Positions 29,452 to 43,654 of a DNA stretch of 64,000 nucleotides are shown here, piece by piece; positions within the stretch are counted from its first letter, which is position 1; each line of letters opens with the position of its first letter. The notes beneath the pieces were generated by a model. That model was given only the letters and a program-made list of their open reading frames with translations, was not told the origin of the DNA and ran no database searches. A program made the position numbers and the translations under genes. The stretch lies in the NCBI RefSeq assembly GCF_009914755.1, contig NC_060930.1; one strand, given 5' to 3'. Origin of the DNA: the human T2T-CHM13v2.0 reference genome, Homo sapiens.

Positions 29452-29770
29452 GACCAGGCACGGTGGCTCATGCCTGTAATCCCAGCACTTTGGGAGGCCG
29501 AGGTGGCAGATCACCTCATGTCAGGAGTTCAAGACCAGCCTGATCAACATGGAGAAACCCTGTTTCTACTAAAAATACAAAAATTAGCTGGGCATGATGG
29601 CACTCTCCTGTAATCACAGCTACTCGGGAAGCTGAGGCAGGAGAATCGCTGAACCTGGTAGGCGGAGATTGCAGTGAGCCAGGATTGCACCGCTGCACTC
29701 CAGCCTAGGCAACAGAGCAAGACACCATCTCAAAAAAAAAGAAAAAAAAGAAAAAAGAAAATAAAGAAAG
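29452..29770 (+). mobile_element. AluS
   Basis: Dimeric Alu, TSD aaagaaatt(c/a)aaatatt. Confidence 0.9.
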
Positions 29771-30842
29771 AAATTAAAATATTCTAAGAATATAAATTTT
29801 ACTTACAATTTTAGCAATTACAGGTTTTGGCTTTAGAAAGTAGAATTAAGTGACTAGACAAGGTTAAGTATTAATCTTGTAGAATTAATTAATATTGTAT
29901 TGGATTTTTCTGTTTGTGTTTTTTACTCTCATATAACAAAGTAAAAATTTTCTGAAACTGCTTGTTTCTAATTTTCATGTTTTCCCAGCTATCACCACAG
30001 TATACCTTCTACAAAACATCATTTCTCTATCTAGGTCAGGGGTCAGCTATCTATGTATGTCATGCTAAAGCTTGCCACTAGTGCCTGTGCCAGTCCAAAC
30101 CTGTTCTCTAGGTTGAAAATGGTAGAGCTGTTCAGATTCTACAAGAAGAAAGGAAATTATGTCACTCCCAAATTAGGAAAAGCTTATGGGATATTTCAGC
30201 TATTTATCAGTATGTAACACATTACTGCAACATTTAATAGCTTAAAACAGTAACAATCATTACATTATCTCTCATGGTTTCTGTGCATTTGGAATTTGAG
30301 AAGGTCTTAGATTGTTAGTTCTGGCCCAGGGTTTCTCATGTCGTTGCAGTTAAACAGTGGCTGGTAAAAGGGGGTGAGGGGTGGCCATGCATGCTCTCTC
30401 TGTCTCTCTCTCTCTCTCTTATCTCCACCCTCATCTCTATTTCTATCTCTCAAGTAGTCTCAGGCTCTCTACATATATGATCTTTTATTATGGGCCAGTT
30501 TGAGTTCTTCACAGCATGGCAGCCTCAGGACAGTCAAAGTGCTTACCGGGAGCTCGAAGGCTTTCAGAGCAACCATTCCAGGGAAAAGGACAGAATGTGC
30601 CTTTCCTTTGGGTGACCTAGCCTTAGAGGTCACATATTGTCACTTTTTTCTTACTCTCTTGATCCAAACAGTCATAAAAGCCTGTCCCAATTGGAGGAGT
30701 GTCAAAGTTACGTGTAAGAAGAGCTTGTATGATAGGATAAATGTTGCAGCCATTTGGAAAATACAGTCACACACATGGATGTATAAAGAAACCTGTTTAA
30801 CTGTTTGTTCCCAACACTTTTTTATGTCACTTTTTTAACTCA

Positions 30843-31359
<517 letters not shown>

Positions 31360-32875
31360 CTACCTTAGCCTCCCAAAGTGCTGGGCCACCACAAGTGGCC
31401 TGAAAATTTTTTCAATTTGGAAAAATCTGCTTCCAAACTGTTGATGGTTTGTTTCCTTTTGTAGTTCTGTAATGTTTGAAGTTTTCAAAAAAAAAAAAAA
31501 AAAAAAGGTATCTATTACTTTTACATTCAGGAAAAAAAAAAAAGATCACTTAACAGTTGGAACATACCCCAGGGGAGGATATAATGAAAGCAATATATTA
31601 TAAAACTTTAGGAATCACACTATTTTTTCTTTTGTTCCAAAGTTAATTTGAGATGATGATCTGGCATCATACTTTACTACCTTCCTGCAGTGTGGATACC
31701 TTAAAATCTCTGACTGCTTGCCAGTAGGCACTGAAGCCAGCCACATAATGCAACTCTGAATTAGGGAGGGTAAGTTTCAGAATACCTTATTCCACCTGTG
31801 TGGATCCACCCTGCTATCCTTACTTTGAAAAAGCCAGACTAAAAATAAACCAAAATGATCTTAAAAATTAAAAAGTAAAATTTTTAAAAACTTTATAGAA
31901 AGTTTAACTTTTTTTGTAACAATATAGATTGAATTTATTTAACCCAGACCTACCTAAAGAACAGATTGTCATATAACTTATTTAATAAATAATTGACTTT
32001 CAAATACAACATGATGCTAATAGTAATTCGCTAGGCAACAGTATTACGTGGCTTTTTACTTCTCAGTATTTTTCTACATATTTTGAGAAATTTGATGCTA
32101 GAGTTAGAGAAAATAAACATTTAATATTTATTTTTGAGTAAAGTTTTACAAACACAAAAATATAGTGGTTCAAAAACTATTAAAACTTCTCTTTGGAATG
32201 CCTAGCTAATTCTTGCTTTAAAATTGGCATTAGTTTCTGGTACCGTGTTAAATTATTTGGCTTCTTATCTCAAACAGATATATTTTTTTAAATGAATAAA
32301 AAAAATCACACAGACAAAAGAGCCTTATCAAATTGCTTCATTTAATTTGAATAATCTAGACAGAATATTCTTTGTTTTGGAGATCAGGTCAAAACACAAA
32401 CTTTTTTAATTTGTTAACTTTGTTAACCACTCTAACTAGTGGTTAACATCCAATGACCTGCCAGAAAAAGAATGAAGCCAGCGTTAAGCACAAACTATCA
32501 ATCTGTAATGTCACCAGACACTTGGCATTTCTAATCTAGTTCTAAGCTGAAGCTCCTAATTTAATGACAAAGCTCCACATTTTCTGGTTCTTGGAAGAGG
32601 GAGAATGTGTGCATGAAAGGTTGTACTCAGGAGAGTTATACAAGAGATTCATTCATGATAGAGGGAGAGACCTGAATGAAAGCACGTAGGCCAGAGGAAA
32701 TTTAGAGTGTTAAAATGCATTTTGAAGACATGGTCCAATTCCTGAAGAGAAACTGGGGAATCTTTGGGCAGGAGGGAAAAAAATCATGTGGATTTGGAAG
32801 GAAAGTTATTAAGTCACTTTGGGGTTTTGACAATATCCAAGGTTTTTGTACTTGTTATCCACACAAATCCATTCA

Positions 32876-35570
<2,695 letters not shown>

Positions 35571-38500
35571 ACAATGAGATCACATGGACATAGGAAGGGG
35601 AACATCACACTCTGGGGACTGTTGTGGGATGGGGGGAGGGGGGAGGGAAAGCACTGGGAGATATACCTAATGCTAGATGATGAGTTAGTGGGTGCAGCGC
35701 ACCAGCATGGCACATGTATACATATGTAACTAACCTGCACATTGTGCACATGTACCCTAAAACTTAAAGTATAATAATAATAAATAAATAAAAAAAAGAG
35801 TGGAACTTATATTGACACAAAAACCTTTATGTGTAATTTTTTAAATTTCCAGGCCATTCATATTTAGATTTGGAGATATTCTTTGCTGGAATACTAGAAA
35901 ACTTTTGAGTATTCTTTGCTAGAACCATATGCAGAAAAATGTGGAGTAAGTAATTCTGAGCTTCCTCCCTGCTCGTTCCACCTCCACTGGCTGTTCATCC
36001 TCTGGGGCTAATGGAGCAGAAAAGGAGGCTCCTCAGCGTACTTTCCTCTCTGATTGCTGTGGAAACTGCTCTGTCATGCAGTTAAATTGGGCTGTGGAGA
36101 GATCTGAGACCATTATGCCCCCACTGTGGTTTTAGTGTGGTAGAGTATCAGGGCAAGGCAGGAATTAAGTTTTATCAGGCAAACCAGAACTGCACAAAGG
36201 GAAGATGAATAATCCCCACACTCTTGCTTCATCCCTTCCCTTTCCTTTCTTCATGCTTTACTAAGCCATTTGATGCAATGGAAAAAAACAAGCAGCAAGC
36301 AGTGAAAAGATCATCCTAAGCATATAAAGGGAGTCAGAAGGAAGAAAAATCAAATCTTTTCAAAATGTTTCAGTATTGAGCTAGATAATATCATAGAATA
36401 CAGATTGACACATGTATCATACAATAGCTCTCATTTTACAAATAAAGTAAGATAAAGGACACTTAAAGATGGACATTAAAATTGCCCCCCTGCCAATAAA
36501 AAGCAAACTCACAAAAAAGCCTAATCAATTCTTTTCAAATTTTCCCACTTCTCCACTAGGTCAAGAGGTCTCAACCAAATATTTTTGTATATTTGTTAAT
36601 GTCAAAACTTGATGTATGTGTAAATTTTTCTATAGAGAGAGTTAATAGCTTCATGAGAGTCTCAGAAAACCCAGGACCATTGCCCTAGGCAACAAGAATT
36701 TAGTCACTGAATTCTCATATAGATTCTCATGAATTTGCTTCGTGTAACCCCCACCGCAAAATAAGTAAAGCCAAGTGTATTGAATTTCCTTTTAGATTGT
36801 TCATTTCATCAGTGTCACTAGTGTTGAACTCCACATTCATTCAACAAATATTTATTGAGTTTCTACTAGATGCCAGCCACAGTTCTAGGCTATAGAAATG
36901 CAAATTCCATCATCAAAAGCTCACATTCCTGGAGGAGGTGGCGTGGCAAATAATAAGCACAGTTGGGCTACCCCCTTTGGGTCCCCTACCTTTGTATGGG
37001 AGCTCTGTTTTCACTCTATTAAATCTTGCAACTGCACACTCTTCTGGTCCATGTTTGTTATGGCTCAAGGTGAGCTTTCACTGGACATCCACCAGTGCTG
37101 TTTGCTGCCGTTGCAGACCTGCCACTGACTTTCACCCCTCCGGCTCCAGCAGGGTGTCCACTGTGCTCCTGATCCAGTGAGATGCCCATTACTGCTCCTG
37201 ATTGGGCTAAAGGCTCACCATTGTTCGTGCATGGCTAAGTGCCTGGGTTTGTCCTAATCAAGCTGAACACTAGTCGCTGGGTTCCATGGTTTTCTTCTGT
37301 GACCCAGGGCTTCTAATAGAGCTATAACACCCACCACATGGCCCAAGATTCCATTCCTTGGAATCCGTGAGGCCAAGAACCCCAGGTCAGAGAACAAGAG
37401 GCTTGCCACCATCTTGGAAGCACCCTGCCACCATCTTGGGCTGTCTAGGAGCAAGGATCCCCTGGTAACATTTTGGTGACCACAAAGGGACTTCCAAAGT
37501 GGTGAGTAATATTGGACCACTTTCACTTGCTATTCTGTCCTATAGTTCCTTAGAATTGGAGGAAAATACTGGGCACCTGTTGGCTGGTTAAAAACTATTA
37601 GCGTGGCCACCAGACTTAAGACTCAGGTGTGAGGCTGTCTGGGAAAGGGCTTTCTAACAACCCCCAACCCTTCTGGGTGGGGAGCGTTGGTCTGCCTGGA
37701 ACCAGCTTCCACTTTCGGTTTATCTGGGTAAGCCGAGGGCTGACTAGAGGCAGAAAGCTGTCATCCTGAACTCCTGCTGTTAGCCGGTTGAGATCATGGC
37801 ACAGCCAGAAGTTTCTACTCAACAATCGCCCATGCGGGTGCCCCTACCTTTCCTTCTGACCCATACCTCCTGGGTCCTGACCATGACTTTCTTGAAAGTG
37901 TAGCCCCAAAATTCTCCTTACCTCTGAATCTACTTCCTCTGATCCCTGCCTCCTAGGTACTAATGGTTCAGACTTTCATTTACTCTGCAAGTTGTATCTC
38001 CAAAGGGATCTAAGGAAGCTCTACACTGCATCCTTAGGCCCCTAGGCTATGAACTCAGAGAGTCTTGTCCCTGGTGTCCCTCCCAATTTAGGCATACAAC
38101 TCTTGACATGGGCAGTTATGTGGGACCTGTTCCCCACCACCCTTGCCAGGGCCCCAAGTTTGTAAAGGGCTAGGAGAAAAGAGAAAGAGAGAGAGACAGA
38201 GAGCGGAGAGAGAGAGAGACAAAAAGGGAGTCAAAGAAAGAAAGAGAAAGAAGTAGTAAAGAAAAAAGCAGTGTGCCCTATTCCTTTAAAAGCCAGGGTA
38301 AATTTAAAACCTGTAATTGATAATTGAAGGTCTTCTCCATGACCCTATAACACTCCAATACTACCTTGTTGTCAGTGTAAACAAGGACGTAGCCTGAAAA
38401 CTCGGAGACCACTGACAACCTGTAGCCTTCCTATCAAAAATTCTTATCTCAGGAACCCACGGATGGCCCAAATGCATTCAATCTGCAGCAGCAACTGCTT

Positions 38501-39358
38501 TGCTAACAGAAGAAAGAAGAAAAGTAACTTTTAGAGGAAACCTCATTGTGAGCACACCTCACCAGTTCAGAATTATTCTAAGTCAAAAAAGCAAAAAGGT
38601 AGCTTACTAACTCAAAAATCTTAAAAGTATGGGGCTATTCTCTTAGAAAAAAGTGATTTAACATTAACCACTGAAAATTCCCTTAACCTAGCAGATTTCG
38701 TAACAGGGGATTTAAATCTTAATGACCATACAAAAGTACGACCAGACCTAGGAAGAACTCCCTTCAGGACAGGACGACAGATGGTTCCTCCCAGGTGATT
38801 GAGGGGAAAAAAAAACACAATGGGTATTCAGTAATTGATAGGGAGACTCTTGTGGAAGCAGAGTTAGGAAAATTGCCAAATAATTGGTCTGCTCAAACGT
38901 GTGAGCTGTTTGCACTCAGCCAAGCCTTAAAGTACTTACAGAATCAAAAAGACTACCTCAATCCTGACTCAAAAGGTTACCTACACCCTCTCTGAAACGA
39001 ATTTGTATAAGAACTGTTGTTTATAGGAATGCATCTTGATGAGGCAGCTGGGTTGTTATGAAATAGGAACCCAGCCCAGGTCTAGAACTCACCTCTGAGT
39101 GCAAAGGCAATATTGGGCCCGCTGGTAAAGGACCACTAGAATCCAGCAGCCCGGACCCCTTTCTTTGTGGTCAAGAAGGGCAGGAAAACAGGTGCAGGAC
39201 TGCTACATCACTGAGAGTAACTAATCCAATAAGCAGAGGTCCATGGATGGTTATGCACTCTGGAAAAGAATAAGCATTAAGACCATAGAGGACACTCTAG
39301 GACCAATGAATATTGGAAAATGACTAGGGGTGCTGGCAACCCTATGTTATTTTTTCAG

Positions 39359-40366
39359 ATGGAAAACATTTCCCCCAAGGCAAAAACGCCCCTAAGATGT
39401 ATTCTAGAGAATTCGGCCTAGTCAGAGTGTATGTACCTTTTGTACTGTCAGACTTGAAGCAAATTGAAATAAACCTAGGTAAATTCTCAGATAACCCTGA
39501 TGGCTATATTGATGTTTTACAAGGGTTAGGACAATCCTTTGATCTAACATGGAGAGATACTTTAATGCTAGATCAGACACTAACCCCAAATGAGAGATGT
39601 GCCGCAATAACTGCTGCCCGAGAGTTTGGCAATCTCTGGTATCTCAGTCAGGTCAATGATAGGATGACAACAGAGGAAAGAGACAATTCCCCACAGGTCA
39701 GCAGGCAGTTCCCAGTGTAGACCATCATTGGGATGCAGAATCAGAACATGTAGATTGGTGCTGCAGACATTTGCTAACTTACATGCAAGAAGGACTAAGG
39801 AAAATAGGAAGAAACCTATGAATTATTCAATGATGACCACTATGACACAGGGAAAGGAAGAAAATCCTACTGCCTTTCTGGAGAGACTAAGGGAGGCATT
39901 GCACCTGATTCTATTAAAGGCCAACTAATTTTAAAGGATAAGTTTATCACTCAGTCAGTTGCAGACATTAAAAAACACTTCAAAAGTCCACCTTAGGCCC
40001 AGAGCAAAACTTAGAAACCCTACTGAACTTGGCAACCTCAGTTTTTATAATAGAGATCAGGAGGAGCAGGCAGAATGGGACAAACGAGATTTTTAAAAAA
40101 AGGGCACCGCTTTAGTCATGACCCTCAGGCAAGCAGATTTTGGAGGCTCTGGAACATGGAAAGGTTGGGCAAATCGAATGCCTAATAGGGCTTGCTTCCA
40201 GTGCGGTCTACAAGGACACTTTTAAAAAGATTGTCCAAATAGAAATAAGCCGCCCCCTCGTCCATGCCCCTTATGTCAAGGGAATCACTGGAAGGCCCAC
40301 AGCCCCAGGGGATGAAGGTCCTCTGAGTCAGAAGCCACTAACCAGATGATCCAGCAGCAGGACTGA
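39359..40366 (+). pseudogene. HERV-W gag, disrupted
   Basis: LGKFSDNPDGYIDVLQGLGQSFDLTWRD, MHR-like TQGKEENPTAFLERLREAL and NC Cys-His remnants. Frameshifts and deletions. Confidence 0.88.
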
Positions 40367-42968
40367 GGGTGCCCAGGGCAAGTGCCAGCCCATGCCATCA
40401 CCCTCACAGAGCCCCGGGTATGATTGACCATTGAGGGCCAGAAGGTTAACTCTCCTGGACACTGGCATGGCCTTCTGAGTCTTACTCTCCTGTCCCAGAC
40501 AACTGTCTTCCGGATCTGTCACTATCCCAGGGGTCCTAGGGCAGCCAGTCACTAGATACTTCTTCCAGCCACTAAGTTGTGACTGGGGAACTTTACTCTT
40601 TTCACATGCCTTTCTAATTATGCCTGAAAGCCCCACTCCTTTGTTAGGGAGAGACATTCTAGCAAAAGCAGGGGCCATTATACACCTGAACACAGGAGAA
40701 GGAACACACGTTTTTTGTCCCCTGCTTGAGGAAGGAAGGAATCCTGAAGTCTGGGCAACAGACGGACAATATGGACGAGCAAAGAAAGCCCATCCTGTTC
40801 AAGTTAAACTAAAGGATTCCACCTCCTTTCCCTACCAAAGGCAGTACCCCCTTAGACCCAAGGCCCAACAAGGACTCCAAAAGATTGTTAAGGACCTAAA
40901 AGCCCAAGGCCTAGTAAAACCATGCAATAGCCCCTGCAATACTCCAATTTTAGGAGTACAGAAACCCAACGGACAGTAGAGGTTAGTGCAAGATCTCAGG
41001 ATTATCAATGAGGCCGTTGTCCCTCTATACCCAGCTGTACCTAACCCTTATACTCTGCTTTCCCAAATACCAGAGGAAGCAGAGTGGTTTACAGTCCTGG
41101 ACCTTAAGGATGCCTTTTTCTGCATCCCTGTACATCCTGACTCTCAATTCTTGTTTGCCTTTGAAGATCCTTTGAAACCAACGTCTCAACTCACCTGGAC
41201 TGTTTTACCCCAAGGGTTCAAGGATAGCCCCCATCTCTTTGGCCAGGCATTGCCCAAGACTTGAGTGCCAGTTCTCATACTGGACACTCTAGTCCTTCGG
41301 TACATGGATAATTTACATCTAGCTCCCTGTTCAGAAACCTTGTGCCATCAACCCACCCAAGTGCTTTTAAACTTCCTCACCACTTGTGGCTACAAGGTTT
41401 CCAAACGAAAGGCTCAGCTCTGCTTACAGCAGGTTAAATACTTGGGGCTAAAATTATCCAAAGACACTAGGGTCCTCAGTGAGGAACGCATCCAGCCTAT
41501 ACTGGCTTATCCTCATCCCCAAACCCTAAAAGCAACTAAGAGGGTTCCTTGGCATAACAGGCTTCTGCTGAATATGGATTCCCAGGTACAGTGAAATAGC
41601 CAGGCCATTATATACACTAATTAAGGAAACTCAGAAAGCCAATACCCATTTAGTAAGATGGACAACTGAAGCCAAAGTGGCTTTCCAGGCCCTAAAGAAG
41701 GCCCTAACACAAGCCCCAGTGTTAAGCTTGCCAATGGGGCAAGACTTTTCTTTATATGTCACAGAAAAAACAGGAATAGCTCTAGGAGTCCTTACACAGG
41801 TTTGAGGGACCAGCTTGCAACCCGTGGCATACTTGAGTAAGGAAATTGATGTAGTGGCAAAGGGTTGGCCTCATTGTTTACGGGTAGTGGCAGCAGTAGC
41901 AGTCTTAGTATCTGAAGCAGTTAAAATAATACAGGGAAGAGATCTTACTGTGTGGACATCTCATGATGTGAACGGCATACTGACTGCTAAAGGAGACTTG
42001 TGGCAGTCAGACAACCATTTGCTTAAATATCAGACTCTGTTAATTGAAGGGCCAGTGCTGTGACTGCGCACTTGTGCAACTCTTAACCCAGCCACATTTC
42101 TTCCAGACAATGAAGAAAAGATAGAACATAACTGTCAACAGGTGATTGCTCAAACCTACACCGCTCAAAGGGACCTTCTAGAGGTTCCCTTGACTGATCC
42201 CGACCTCAGCTTGTATACTGACAGAAGTTCCTTTGTAGAAAAAGGACTTCAAAAAACAGGGTATGCAGTGGTCAGTGATAATGGAATACTTGAAAGTAAT
42301 CCCCTCACTCCAGGAACTAGCGCTCAGCTGGCAGAACTAATAGCCCTCACTCAGGCACTAGAATTAGGAGAAGGAAAAAGGGTAAATATATATACAGACT
42401 CTAAGTATGCTTACCTAGTCCTCCATGCCCACAAAGCAATATGGAGGGAAAGGGAATTTCCTAACTTCTGAGGGAACACCTATCAAACATCAGGAAGCCA
42501 TTAGGAGATTATTATTGGCTGTACAGAAACCTAAAGAGGTGGCAGTCTTACACTGCTGGGGTCATCGGAAAAGAAAGGAAAGGGAAAGGAAAGGAACGGC
42601 CAAATGGATATTGAAGCCAAAAGAGCCACAAGGCAGGACCCTCCATTCAAAATGCTTACAGAAGGACCCCTAGTATGGGGTAATCCCCTCCGAGAATCAA
42701 AGCCCCAGTACTTACCAGGAGAAATAGAATGGGGACCTCACAAGGAAATAGTTTCCTCCCCTCAGAATGGCTAGCCACCAAAGAAGGAAAAATACTTTTG
42801 CCTGCAGCTAACCAATGGAAATTACTTAAAACCCTTCACCCAACCTTTCACTTAGGCATTGATAGCACCCATCAGATGGCCAAATTATTATTTACTGGAC
42901 CAGGCCTTTTCAAAACTATCAAGCAGATAGTCAGGGCCGGTGAAGTGTGCCAAAGAAATAATCCCCTA
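40367..42968 (+). pseudogene. HERV-W pro-pol (PR, RT, RNase H, start of IN), disrupted
   Basis: [30 protein letters not shown] (decayed YxDD), SAQLAELIAL/YTDSKY and an HHCC remnant. Several stops and frameshifts. Confidence 0.92.
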
Positions 42969-42991
42969 CACTGCAGTCCATACATTTCAAT

Positions 42992-43225
42992 CCCTGTATC
43001 TTTAACTTCCTTGTTAAGTTTGTCTCTTCCAGAATTGAAGCTGTAAAACTACACATTGTTCTTCAAATGGAGCCCCAGATGCAGTCCCTGACTAAGATCT
43101 ACTGCAGACCCCTGGACCGCCTACTAGCCCATGCTCCAATGTTGATGACATCAATGGCACCCCTCCCGAGGAAATCTCAACTGCACGACCCCTACTACAC
43201 CCCAATTCAGCAGGAAACAGTTACA
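42992..43225 (+). pseudogene. HERV-W env remnant (TM / cytoplasmic tail only)
   Basis: PCIFNFLVKFVSSRIEAVKLHIVLQMEPQMQS..., homologous to the syncytin-1 C-terminus. Confidence 0.85.
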
Positions 43226-43596
43226 GTGGTTATCAGCCAATCTCCCCAACAGCACTTAGGTTTTCCTGTTGAGAGCGGGGACTGAGAGACAGGACTAGCT
43301 GGATTTCCTAGGCCAACTAAGAATCCCTAAGCCTAGCTGGGAAGGTGACCACATCCACCTTTAAACACCAGGCTTGCAACTTAGCTCACACCTGACCAGT
43401 CAGGTAGTAAAGAGAGCTCACTAAAATGCTAACTAGGCAAAAACAATAGCCAATCAAATCTATCGCATGAGAGCACAGGGGGAGGGACAATGATCGGGAT
43501 ATAAACCCAGGCATTCGAGCCGGCAACGGCTACCCCCTTTGGGTCCCCTCCTTTTGTGTGGGAGCTGTTTTCAATCTATTAAATCTTGCAACTGCA

Positions 43597-43597
43597 A

Positions 43598-43629
<32 letters not shown>

Positions 43630-43654
43630 GAAGAAGAAGAAGAAGAAGAAGAAG
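43597..43654. repeat. (AAT)n(AAG)n compound microsatellite at the retrocopy tail
   Basis: Seen directly after the LTR poly(A) site. Confidence 0.92.

Larger units (their letters stand above)
36965..43651 (+). mobile_element. HERV-W (HERV17/LTR17) processed retrocopy: R-U5-leader-gag-pro-pol(truncated)-env tail-U3-R-A-rich tail
   Basis: The 5' LTR starts at R (no U3) and ends ...GGTAACA at 37470. PBS at 37474-37491, PPT at 43271-43282. The 3' LTR TGAGAGACAGGACTAGCTGG starts at 43283 and stops at the poly(A) site (43596). TSD aagcacagtt at 36955-36964 and 43652-43661. Confidence 0.95.

Noticed and set aside
32421-32448. Perfect 11-bp inverted repeat TGTTAACCACT / AGTGGTTAACA with a 6-nt loop
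   Set aside because: About one such stem is plausible by chance in 64 kb of AT-rich DNA, and there is no supporting context.
35796-36964. Idea that the L1 and the HERV-W copy (1.1 kb apart, same tail orientation) are one transduction event
   Set aside because: Each has its own tail and its own distinct TSD, and the HERV-W copy is more diverged.
42992-43285. Possible functional syncytin-like env gene
   Set aside because: Only the TM/cytoplasmic tail remains. There is no signal peptide, SU or fusion peptide, and the tail is frameshifted.
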